A stretch of DNA of 64,000 nt from Azolla caroliniana (Eukaryota > Plantae > Polypodiophyta). A program made the position numbers and the translations under genes. The notes under the pieces were generated by a model. It did not search any database and was not told where the DNA came from. It was given only the letters and a program-made list of their open reading frames with translations. The stretch is taken from contig JBHGNT010000014.1 of NCBI GenBank assembly GCA_043228905.1, positions 5,828,001-5,892,000 on the forward strand. The letters are read 5' to 3'. Numbering within the stretch: the first letter of the stretch is position 1; each line of letters begins with the position of its first letter. Below, one piece after another: positions 1 to 11,400 of the stretch.

Positions 1-284
1 GTAAGGAATAATTTTGGGAGTAAGTGTAGGATGCTCATTTATGAGCGGTCAAGTACTGTAAGTACTTGTGTCAGCCCAATACTCAGGGCTTGTATAAAAG
101 GTGATCACTGAGCACGATGTAGATATAGAGAACATACGGAGAATTATTTTTTGAATATAGTTTTCGGTTTCTACTCTGCTCTGCTCTCTCTTTCTCTGTG
201 ATCTCCGTTTTACCGAACTGTCGTACTTCCGAACCGTGTACTCTATATCTTTCGCATACGCTTCTGCACACGTATTCATTTACA
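1..284 (+). repeat. 5' LTR (partial) of Copia A
   Basis: TATAAAAG at ~93, CT-rich R region, ends in CA immediately before a tRNA-iMet-type PBS. Confidence 0.8.
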
Positions 285-386
285 TGGTATTAGAGAGCGA
301 GGGTTAAGACTCCTGTGCAGCCGAAAGCAAAGCTTGCGATAAAGACAGAGTTAAGGTATTATTTTCGGAAAGGATAAGTCAGCAAT

Positions 387-3300
387 ATGGACAGAGGAAT
401 GGGAAACTCGCTACCGACTAAGAAGCTTGATAGGAGCAACTACACATCTTGGTCGTACAAGATGCACTAGTACCTGCCTGGTCATGGTTACTGGAGTTAT
501 GTCCAAGGAGCTAATGAAACAGCACCTGAATCGACACACAGAGATTTTTCGGCTTGGGAACAAGCGGCAAGCAGAGTTCTTTACTGCTTCGTGTCTTGTG
601 TGAGCGACCAGCTCTTGAGCTACATTCCGGATGCTAAGACACCAAAGGACGCGTGGGCGAATCTCAAGGGGATTTTCGCCGCTAGCACAACGGCCAGGAA
701 GCTATAGCTCAGGCAGGAGCTCAGCAATGGCCGATAGAAAGATCTGTCTGTGTCCAATTACACAGTCTGAATCAAGGAGATCTGCAAGTCTCTCGCCTCT
801 GTCAACATGAACATCGAGGAGGAAAAAAAGGTGCAGGTTTGTCTGGGAAAGTTAGCATCAAAGTTCGCAGCATTCCGAACGGCGGTCTAGATAAGGGAGA
901 ATACGTCTTCATTCTTCGAGCTTCAGTCGATGTTCCTCATGAAGGAAAATCATGTGGGTGCGTCGATGAGTACACACGCTGATGGCAAGATGTTGTACAC
1001 AAAGGAAGATTGGCCCCATGGTCGTGGCGGACGAGATGGATCAACGCGCAATGGAGGCGGCCGAAAAGAGAAGAACGTGTGGCATAATCGAAATGTCGGA
1101 AGCAATTCTGAAACCTCTGGAAGCAGGGGGAGTCATAGCGGCGCTGGAAACTGACAAGAGAAGGTCGTGACGGAATGCTGGTATTGTGGCAAGAAAGGCC
1201 ACATGGAGGGCGAGTGCTGGAAGAAGAGAGCCGATTCAGACAAAGCTAGATCGAGCGGAAGAGACGCAAGAAGGCATTAGAAATCACACTACGCCGAGGG
1301 CTCCGAATGAGCCGGAATTGGATCGGGCCCAACCTTCATAATGAAGCACAAGGCCAATTCGATGGCCGTGAACACCTCCAAACCAAGCGAGGTGTGGTAT
1401 GTTGATTCCGGATCGGCAAATCATATGATGAGTCATGAGGAATGGTTCTCGTACTTGGAGAAGCCGGAAAAACAAGGAGTGGTCGAAACGGGAGATGGCA
1501 CTCCTCATACCATCAAACATGTCGATGAAGTTCCCCTTAGCCACATCAGGCAGAAAGGGAAACTCATGAACGTGCTACATGTCCCGATAATAACCAAGAA
1601 TCTATTGTCGGTCGGTCAGATTGTCCACCAAGGGATGCAAGTTCGATTCACGCACCTCGGGTGCTACATCGAAGAGGAAGGCCAAGTCATCGCGCAAGGG
1701 CACCGTGAAGGGACGATGTTCATCCTCGACACCAATCAAGCTGGAACCGTGTTGTTTGCGAAAGGACAGAAGGTTGAATCGGATATCGACATGTCGCACA
1801 AGTGGTTCAACCACGTTAACTTCCCACGGCTTCGTGAAATGCAGACAACATTGTTTTCGGTTTGCCAAAATTCTGTGGCCGGAATGGCCAAGTCTGCGAA
1901 GCCTGCCAACTCGGGAAGCAACACCAACTTCCATTCCCCAATGAACATAATCATAGTCGAAATCCATTGGGTGTGATCCATTTGGATGTGTGGGGACCAG
2001 CACAGAACGTGAGTTTCGGTGGTAGCCGTTACTTCGTAACCTTCATCGATGACTCCACTCGGCATACCTGGGCATGTACGATCGCGAAGAAGAGAGAAGT
2101 CTTCGCGTGTGTCCTGAAGCTGAAAAGTCTTACGGAAAGGGAAACAGGGTCCGATGGCGGGAAGGAGTACTTCTCTGCCCAGTTCACGAGTTATCTACAG
2201 AAGGAGGGAATTCGACGTGAATTCTCATGTAGATATACGCCGGAGTAGAACGGCGTCGCAGAGTGGAAGAATCGGACAATTGAAGAAGCAACCGGGGAAT
2301 GCTTGAAGAGAAGCATATGCCGAAGTTTTACTAGGTTGAGGCCGTTAGGACGGCTATTTATTTGCAAAATCGGACTTCTACTAATGGAGGAGTGTCGCCA
2401 CATGAGTTGTATTTCAGGAAGAAGCCAAACCTGGCACACTTGAGGATTTTCGGTAGCATTTCATATGTGCATGTGCCGAAAGAGAAGAGGAGGAAGTTGG
2501 ACGCCAAAGCCGAGAAGTGTATCTTGGTTGGCTATTCGGATGAGCTGAAGGGGTATAAGTGCTATAATACCCGAACAAAGGAAGTTTGCGTAAGCCGATA
2601 TATTGTGTTCGATGAGTCCGCTTTGTGCTACTTGCCTTCACCTCCAATACCTCATGACTCCTTTCCGAATTTTGAAGAAGAGTTCAGCAAGGACGAGCTG
2701 CCTCCACGTGATGAGGAAATCGGAGGCATGACAAAGAGTCTGATCTCATTTCAGCTAAGTAGCCCGAATGAGGGGTTGGGCTGAGATGGCCAACCAAATG
2801 AAGAGTCGACAAGTAATAGAGACTCGGCAGTGCCGAGTCAGAACGGATCGAATCTAACTTCGGGCCAATCGAAAAGGAATCTCCACGGAAAAAGTCGAAA
2901 TCAGCCGAAAAGGCCGTGAAATCGGGTAATCAAGAATTACGCCGATCTACCTACTTGAAGAACCCTGTAAAAAGATACGGGTACAACGAATACATGTTGC
3001 ACCATTATGCGTACATGACACAAGTAGCGGAAGTGCGTGAGCCGGACAACTACATAGAGGCGGCAGAAGACGCAAACTGGTGTGCCGCAATGGAGGAAGA
3101 GATGTGCGCATTATCGGACAACGAGACTTAGAACCTGGTTGACGCACCTAAAGGTGTTAAGCCGATCAGACGCAGATGGGTGTTTAAGGTGAAATACAAC
3201 ACCAACGGTTTAGTGAACCGATATAAGGCCCGTTTGGTTGTGAAAGGCTATGTGCAAAAGCACGGCGTAGATTATGACAAGATGTTCACGCCAGTGACGA

Positions 3301-3583
3301 AGATGACCACTATGCGTGTTTTGCTAGCCGTAGCAGCGGCGAAGGGGTGGCACTTACATCAGATGGATGTAAACATTGCATTCTTGCAAGGTGATCTTGA
3401 GGAACAGGTGTACATGGTACAGCCCCCCGGATTTCTATCCAAACAGAACACTTCGGCAGTTTGCCGATTGAAGAAGTCTTTATACAGACTAAAGCAAGCC
3501 CCGCAAGCTTGGAATGCGAAGATTACGCAGCGGTTGCGTAGGATAGGGCTCACGACGTCCAAGTCAGACTCTTCATTATTTGT
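387..3583 (+). pseudogene. Copia A gag-pol, 5' part (gag, PR, IN, start of RT) with many stops and frameshifts
   Basis: ORF fragments 1341-1976, 1862-2248, 2362-2784 and 3180 onward carry Copia motifs. The RT reading breaks at the TTTGT TSD. Confidence 0.9.
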
Positions 3584-4006
3584 TGTCAGGAACAATACTA
3601 AGACAGAGAAGGATTTAGTACTAAAAGAAGTATTAGTACTAAGAGAGGTGAAGAACTCTCGAGAGAAGGAAAGAGTGAGTGAGGGAGAGAGAGAGAGATC
3701 GAGAGAGAGAGATGATAAGAAAAGATATATATTATGTGAAGAGAATGTACAGTAGCTTAGGAGGCTTAAGACTGGCGTTGAACCGATTTGGTTCGAAATA
3801 ATGTCTCGTGCCTCCTTTTATAGTGTCCCAAGGAATACTCTTGAAGTTTCTAGAATGTTCTAGAGAAATCTGGAATATACATCAATTTTCTAAAATAAAA
3901 CATAAATGAAAATAATATTCTACGTATTACAATGTATAGTCTGATGGTCAAGAGTTCGACCCATGTAGCATAAGGTCATGGGTTCGAGTCTTGCCATATC
4001 ATGACA
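3584..4006 (-). repeat. 3' LTR of chromovirus 1
   Basis: Direct repeat of 8699-9121 with TG...CA termini. Confidence 0.96.
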
Positions 4007-7000
4007 CTATCCCCCCTTTAAAACGACGAGTGTAACGAGTCGTTTTGGATTGAGGACCCGATTTGTCTGGATATTGATGATGGAAGTCTTCAAGAAGTGC
4101 ACGAGCATTGGTGACATTCTCTATCGGCTCCCAAGTACGCTCACTAGGACTATATCCTAGCCAATCGACTAGATAGTATAGCTTGTTGCGAACAATCTTG
4201 GAATCAAGGATGGCGGCAACTTCGTACTCAGGTCCATCTTCAAGCTCGATCGGGGGTGGAGGCTGTGTAATACGTCCTGGGATGGTGCTCTCTTGATAGG
4301 GTTCAAGGAGAGAACTATGAAACACCGGATGTATCCGAAGTTGTGGAGGTAGATCGAGACAAAAAGCGACATCATTAATCTTTCCTGTGATACGGAAAGG
4401 ACCTAAGAGCCGATAATCCAACTTCTCACATGGGCGAGTAGTCTTGATGTGTCGTCGGAGTAGCCATACCCGATCTCCAATGTTAAAACTCGATGGGAGT
4501 CGATGACGATCTGCATAAACCTTGTGTGTTTGCTGAGCTTGTTGGAGATGAGTAGCTAAATCCGCTTGTATCTTACGTAACCGCTCCAAACGATCCTCCG
4601 CGCAAGGATTTGTGGACACCTCTGGGATTTCAAGTACACACCACCGGGGGTGACATCCGGTATAAGCATAAAATGGCGTAACTTTAGTCGATGCGTGGAT
4701 AGAGTTATTATAGGCGAATTCGGCGAAGTGGAGAATATCTGCCCAGTCATCCTGATGATAGCTGAGGAAGCACCGCAGGTACTGCTCCAACGTTTGATTT
4801 GTTCGTTTGGCTGACGATACTGTCGGGAAGTCCATGATGCCGACATACTTCACGCATGACAATTTCGGCGGTGTCTTCACTGGAGATTTCCTTAGTACAT
4901 GGCAAAAAATGAGCCATCTTCGTATATCGATCTACCACTGTTAGAATTGCATTGAATCCCTTAGAGACTGGAAGATCTGTGATGAAGTCTAGAGCAATGG
5001 ATTGCCACGGCTTGCTTGGAATTGGCAATGGTTCTAATAAACCATATGGATGATGCCTTGGCATTTTCGCTCTGCAGCATGTGTCACAAGTCCGAACAAA
5101 GTCTTCGACAAATTGTCGCATACGGGGCCACCAGAATGATCGTTGTACTAAATCTAATGTTTTAGTACTACCAAAATGCCCAGCTGTATATGTGTCATGA
5201 CAATTTTGTACTACTTCAAGGCGGGAAGAAACATTAGGAACATACAAAAGTTCTTTAAAGAAGAGTAATCCATCATGGTATTTGAATTCCCGATAGTCCG
5301 TACCTGGTGGTTGCGACTGTGAACACGACGCTCGAGAGGGATCAATTTGTGCTAGTATAGCTTGAGCGAAAGCATCTGTCTTCAGGTCCGCACGTATGAT
5401 ATCGATAACGTGGGAATCCATGGACATGCCAAAGACCTGTGTTGCTTGCAGTCGTGCCGGTCCCAAGATTACTTGCTTTTGGTTATCAAAAGCTGGCTCG
5501 CCGGGACGCGGTGCTAGGTACGAACGCCGTGATAATGCATCTGCTTTCCCTTGATGTTTCCCAGGTCGATATGTAATCTTGAAGTCGAAACGCGTGAGAA
5601 AATGGGCCCACCGATCTTGACGTCGATTTAACACACGAGCGTCTTGAAAATAGGCGAGGTTTTTGTGGTCACTGAATACAGTGACTTGATGAGAAGATCC
5701 CTCTAGAAAATGCCTCCATTGCATAAAAGAGTCCACTATAGCCAATAACTCTTTATCATGAATTTCGTAGTTGATTTCGGCGGCGTCAAACTTGCGTGAG
5801 TGAAAAGCCACAGGATGTAGCTTTTCATCATTACCTCGTTGTGATAGAATGCTTCCCAATGCAAAATCCGATGCGTCCGCTTCGATGATGAATGGTTTTT
5901 CTGGATCAACGTGAGCTAGAATCGGAGCCGATGTAAATGCCTGTTTAAGATTCTCAAAAGCCATGTCTGCTTCTTCAGACCAAACGAATGATTGTCCCTT
6001 CCTAGTAAGTTGTGTAAGAGGCAAAACGAGCTTTGAGTAATCCTTTATAAACTTCCGGTAAAAATTGGCAAAGCCTAGAAAGCATTGCACATCCCGCACC
6101 GAACGCGGAGTCTGCCATTCTACCACCGTTTTGACCTTAGCTGAGTCCATGGAGATGCCTTCTGAGGAAATGACATAGCCGAGAAATTCCACTTGGTTGC
6201 ACCCGAAACTACATTTTTCCAGTTTTGCATAGAGACCATGTTCTCGAAGTCGTTTTAGTACTAACAGTACATGAGAATCATGCTCTTCTTGGGTCTTCGA
6301 GTAAACCAGTAGATCATCCAAATAGATGATTAGACACACATCCAAGAGATCTCAGAAAATATCATTTGCCATGTGCTGGAAGACTGCTGGCGCATTAGTG
6401 AGGCCGAACGGCATAACCGTATACTCGAAGTGCCCATATCTGGTGCGGAACGCGGTCTTCCATTCATCTCCTGGTCGGATCCGTACGAGGTTATAGGCTC
6501 CCCGTAAGTCGATCTTCGTGAAGAACCTGGCACCATTGATCCGTTCTAAAAGACTTGAGATAAGGGGGAGTGCATACCTATTTCGGATTGTAACCTTATT
6601 CAAGCCACGGTAATCTACAACGAGCCGAAGTGAGTCATCCTTTTTCTTGACGAAGAAAATGGGTGCGCCGGCTGGAGATTTCGAATGTCGTATGAAACCA
6701 TTCTCCAAATTCTCCTCTATATAGGCTCGAAGGACTTCCAGTTCGGTTGGTGATAAATTGTAGATCGGTCCCCAAGCTGGCTCTTTCCCCGGTTGTAAAT
6801 CGATGGGGCAATCATATGGTCGATGGTGAGGAAGCGTACTGGCTTGTACTTTATCAAACACATCGGCATACTGATGATACTTCTCTGGAAGTTGAACGAT
6901 GAAATCCTCTTTAGGGGTGTTGGAGGGGTTTACTGATATTGCAAAGAGAAACATTTCTTCCTTGCATCCTTCCTCACGCAACTGATGTAGTGAAATCGTT

Positions 7001-7488
7001 GCAATCTCATGAGTAGAACCTCGGGCTTTTCGATGCCGGATTTCTCTTGTCCGCCAATCTATGTCTGGGTTATGTAATTCGAACCATGGTAATCCTAAGA
7101 CAATGGGGTGTTCTGGGATGCTAATTATATTAAATGATATGACACATGCTAGATTATCTAGGACAACATTAACGGGTTCTGACTCTTCTATGATATTTCC
7201 TGAGGCAATGGGACGACCATCGACGACTACTACAAAGGTAGGACACGGGAGTTTTCTGAGAGATATCTGATGAGCTTGGGCAAATTTCCTATCCATGAAG
7301 CAAGAATTAGCTCCGGAATCTAGAAGTGCTAAGACATGTACTAGAGGAGTACTTTTAGTACTAACTGTTACTTGGGCTACGAACACATTGCTAACTTGCT
7401 TAGAGGGAATAGAACCACTAATGGGCTGCATAGATCTAGGGCTGTCCAACCAAACGGCTCCTATTTTGGCTGGACTTAGTCGTTTAAC
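3999..7488 (-). pseudogene. Chromovirus 1 pol (PR-RT-RH-IN-chromodomain), with an in-frame TGA at ~6352 and an integrase-core deletion near 4810
   Basis: ORFs 6352-7449, 4747-6345 and 3999-4880. C-terminal EYEVAAILDSKIVRNKLYYLVDWLGYSPSERTWEP is a canonical chromodomain. Confidence 0.93.
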
Positions 7489-8618
7489 TCTTCTTCTAAC
7501 TGACTAAGGACATCAAATTTGTTCGCTAGATTTGGGCTATTAGTACTATTAGGGCTATCAGATATCCCTACTGAAATAGACTCGGGTTTAGTACAATCAG
7601 AACTAGCAACTATTTGGTTTACCTGCCTTCTTGGCCTATGGGGACAGTTTACCGCGATATGCCCTGGTCCACCGCAATAAAGACATAATCGGTTTGCTCA
7701 GCGTCGTTGCTTTTCTTCTTCCGATAGCGGTCCACGACGACGTGTGGTGTCAATTTCCATTGGAGTTGGAGTACTTGCTGGAGGCGCAGTATATGACTCC
7801 CTCGGAAAAGGTTTCGCTACCACTGAGGCATAGGTAGGCTCTGATCTTGCCCTCGGAATCTGGAATTGTCGTTCCGAACATCGTTCGAAGAGGCGGTTGT
7901 CGCATCTCACCGCGCGACTAATTGCTTCTGTTAATGACTTTGGCTCTTCGGGGAAGGTCAAGAGTAAATCCTTGACATCGTTGCGTAAGCCATAACGGAA
8001 TTGCTCCATCAATGCGTGATCATCCCAAGGGATATCGGCAGCGAGTAGGCGGAAATCTGCAGCGTATGCGGAAGCTGGACGATCACCTTGGCGTAATCGC
8101 CAGATTTTGTTGATTGCAGTCCTTATGCTGTCAGTATCTCCAAAACAGGCCTTAAACTCACTTATAAATTCTTCAAAACTGTTTAATAATGGAGAATCCT
8201 TTTCCAACAATGGAGCAAACCATGCTAACGCTGAGCCACTAAGGAGAGTGCCTACTAGTCCCACTCGTGATGCATCGGTGGGATATCGAGAAGGATGCAT
8301 TTGTATCACTAAACGTACCTGATTTAAAAACCCTCTAAACTGTGATCGGGTCCCATCAAATTTTGCAGGAAGACCGATCTTGGGTTCTTTGTGAATCCCT
8401 TGAGTGCTTGATCCTTGTTGTTGTAATGATATGATAGTCGCTTCGAGTTGTTGTACACGTAGTGTCAGCTCCCCGTGTTGTTGTTGTTTTTCCAACGCTA
8501 TTTGTTGAAGATCCCCCAACAAGCGATGATTTTCTTGTTCTAGTGCTACAAATTTCTCTTTTAAGCACTGGAGCTCCGAGAAGACAGATTGGTATTCCTG
8601 AGCGCTAACAGTTTCCAT
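7476..8618 (-). pseudogene. Chromovirus 1 gag (PEG10/RTL-like capsid, CCHC knuckle) with one premature TGA at 7698
   Basis: METVSAQEY start, PAKFDG, LRQG..ASAY..DF, PTPMEID. CLYCGGPGHIAVNC follows the premature stop. Confidence 0.92.
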
Positions 8619-8698
8619 TTTACTAGGGAGGATAAGAGGATTAATAAGAAGATAAAAGGAACAGGAGGAAAGGAAGATCGGCGCAAATCGGTTCAAAC

Positions 8699-9121
8699 TA
8701 TTAGGAACAGTACTAAGACAGAGAAGGATTTAGTACTAAAAGAAGTATTAGTACTAAGAGAGGTGAAGAACTCTCGAGAGAAGGAAAGAGTGAGTGAGGG
8801 AGAGAGAGAGAGATCGAGAGAGAGAGATGATAAGAAAAGATATATATTATGTGAAGAGAATGTACAGTAGCTTAGGAGGCTTAAGACTGGCGTTGAACCG
8901 ATTTGGTTCGAAATAATGTCTCGTGCCTCCTTTTATAGTGTCCCAAGGAATACTCTTGAAGTTTCTAGAATGTTCTAGAGAAATCTGGAATATACATCAA
9001 TTTTCTAAAATAAAACATAAATGAAAATAATATTCTACGTATTACAATGTATAGTCTGATGGTCAAGAGTTCGACCCATGTAGCATAAGGTCATGGGTTC
9101 GAGTCTTGTCATATCATGACA
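8699..9121 (-). repeat. 5' LTR of chromovirus 1
   Basis: Direct repeat of 3584-4006, followed on the minus strand by PBS GTTTGAACCGATTT. Confidence 0.96.
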
Positions 9122-9126
9122 TTTGT

Positions 9127-9840
9127 TCGGCAAGGTAAACATGGACCGATTAGCCTTCTACTATATGTTGATGACTTAGTCTTCGCCGGTGCCAACCTAG
9201 ATGAAATCGGCCGCATCAAGTCTCAGTTTGCGGCATCATTCGACATGAAGGATCTTCAAGACCTTCATTACTTCCTCGGGATCGAAGTGATCCATTCCCT
9301 CAAAGGCATATTGATCAGCCAACGTCATTACACGTTGAACATGCTCTTCAAGTTCGGGATGGCAGATTGTAAGCCCATCTCGACCCCTCTAGACAGAAAC
9401 GTAAAGCTTCACCGAGATTCGGGTAAGGCGTGCAACCCGACACAGTTACAACATATCGTCGATAACCTAATTTACTTGACGATTACTCGGCCGGATCTCA
9501 GCTATCCGGTCGGCTTGATCAATTAGTTTATGTCGTAGCCTACAACCGAACACTTTCAATGCACGCAAAGGACATTGCAATATGTCAGTGGCAGGAAAGA
9601 CATGGCGTTGTTGTATCGTTCAGGCGTAGCCGAATAGTATCCACCTTGCGAAAAATCCTGTATTCCACGCCTGGACCAAGCACATTTAGGTGCACTACCA
9701 TTTTGTCTGCAAGCATGTCCTTTCTGGTGAAGTCGAACTAGCGTATGTCCCCATGGGTCGGCAAGTTGCCGACATCTTCACCAAGCCCCTTGGTCTCGAC
9801 AAGTTGCGGCATTTCTCGGGTGAGGCGAACTTGAGGGGGA
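9127..9840 (+). pseudogene. Copia A pol, 3' part (RT YVDD, RNase H)
   Basis: LLLYVDDL, FDMKDL, TRPDLSY and QVADIFTKPL. Continues the RT broken at 3583. Confidence 0.92.
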
Positions 9841-9920
9841 GACAGGAAGAAGAGCGTGAAAGGAACGGTAGTGACCGCAATGCTGAATCGGATGAAGAAT
9901 TTGATTTCGGGTCGGATGAG

Positions 9921-10102
9921 TGATTGCCCTAAGTCGTATTTATACTTATATGACTTTAGAACTATTCACAAATGTGGCCATGACATGCACACTAGAATCA
10001 TATTTACAAATATGTTCTTGGATCCGGTTCCCACCGGATCCTATCCGGATCTGTCTGATCCGTCTCATTCGGATCCTATCTAGAGGGACCGAATTCCCAA
10101 CA
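9921..10102 (-). repeat. Partial Copia LTR (5' end TGTTGGGAA on minus strand)
   Basis: Shares TGATTGCCCTAAGTC.TATTTATACTTATATG...CCGGATCCTATCCGGA...TTCCCAACA with the solo LTR at 19476-20016. Confidence 0.75.
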
Positions 10103-11400
10103 ATAGAAACATGTGGGTCTTCCTCTGGACTTTGACCTTGCATAAGACTTGTCTCTTTTTTCAAGAGTCCTATGTTTACATGTTCCTCTACCTAGGTTTT
10201 GTGCCACATTCACTTCTGATTCAGAGAAGGAACTCTTATCCTTTCTTCTTGTTTCTTCATTTAGAATGCTTGTCTTTACTACTTGTAAGGACACGTTGTC
10301 TTCTTCACATGAGGTACTAAGTGACACTATTAGATAGTCCCAATTGTCTGGTAAAGTACATCGTAGTATTGTGGCATGCATAGCATCATCTAATGGGAAC
10401 TTTGTTGATGCTAACTGGTTTACTAGACCCATGAAAGTTCTAATGTGCACCACGATGCTCTCACCATCTGTGTACTTTAGCCTCACAATTTTCCTCATTA
10501 GGGAAGTCTTGTTTAGGGCATTTTTCCTTTCATACAGGACAGAGAGTTTATGCCACAACTCATAGGCATTTGTATCACTTGCTACATGTTGTAGGATGTT
10601 TAAGTCGACACATTGCCTTATAATTGCCATAGCTTTTCTATTTAGGATTTTCCACTCAGATTCTATTACCCCTATGGGTATATCATTTTTTTCTATGGGT
10701 TCATACAAATCTTTGACTATTAGAAGATCTTCTATTTTGATCTTCCAGTCTGAGTAGTTGTGTGAGTTCAGGACAATCATTCCCGGAAAACCACTCACAC
10801 TCCCTTCCATCTAGAACCTCGCTCTAATACCAGTTTGAAGTGATATACACTTAGATGTAAATGACAACTATGTTGAGACATAAAACAAAAAACAAGCAAC
10901 ACACGATTTACATGGAAAATCCCGAATTAGGGAAAAAACCACGAGTGCCTTTAGGTCACCAAAACTTCACTATAATTAGAGAGAATACAATTAGGTAGCA
11001 AGAACTCCCCTTTGCTCAGCACAATAATCACCGAGGGCTTTGATGACATCACAACCTTGATGAAACACAACACTTACAAACAAAAACAAGGAAGGGGTAT
11101 GGAATGAGTAAACCTGCGTAGGTGATTGGATTTCAACAGTCCACAACCACAAACACCTTTTGTTTGTCCCTCTCTTTTCTTCCTATTCACAGCTCTCTGT
11201 GTGTTCTCTGCTTCGCGTTCTCTGTTCCCTCTTCTTCTCTCTCTCTCTCACTCTTTGTTCTTCTCTCGCGCTTCACTCTCACTTAGCGCTTCTCTGATTT
11301 GCAACTCTCACAAACTCAATATCTAACCTAACACACACACACACACACACAAATATATATATATATTCCATTCGGCCGAGTCTCGTTTCGGCTTCTCGGC
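10103..11400 (-). mobile_element. Copia B fragment: 5' LTR (~10836-11400), PBS and gag
   Basis: PBS TGGTATTAGAGC at 10821-10832 (minus). gag MEGSVSGFPGMIVLNSHNYSDWK...TCFYC, truncated at 10103. The outer LTR end is approximate. Confidence 0.85.

Larger units (their letters stand above)
3584..9121 (-). mobile_element. Ty3/Gypsy chromovirus 1 (Tcn1-like), full length, 5-bp TSD TTTGT
   Basis: Two 423-bp LTRs (3584-4006, 8699-9121) differing at about 4 positions. TTTGT at 3579-3583 and 9122-9126. PPT AAAGGGGGGATAG next to 4007. Order gag, PR (LLDSGAN), RT (YLDD), RNase H, IN, chromodomain. Confidence 0.97.
1..9920 (+). mobile_element. Ty1/Copia LTR retrotransposon A, degenerate, interrupted by chromovirus 1; 3' LTR not recognised
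   Basis: Partial 5' LTR ends ...TTTACA at 284, then PBS TGGTATTAGAG at 285. Domain order is gag (CCHC near 1177-1220), protease (WYVDSGS), integrase (HLDVWGP, SDGGKEY), RT (HQMDV; YVDD at ~9162 after the insertion) and RNase H. Purine tract TTGAGGGGGAG at ~9831. Confidence 0.93.

Noticed and set aside
3930-4006. Functional tRNA gene
   Set aside because: A/B boxes are present but the acceptor and anticodon stems do not pair; kept only as a tRNA-like LTR motif.
8589-8870. Peptide repeated at the end of ORF 3180-3755
   Set aside because: Read-through into the two LTR copies on the antisense strand, not a gene.
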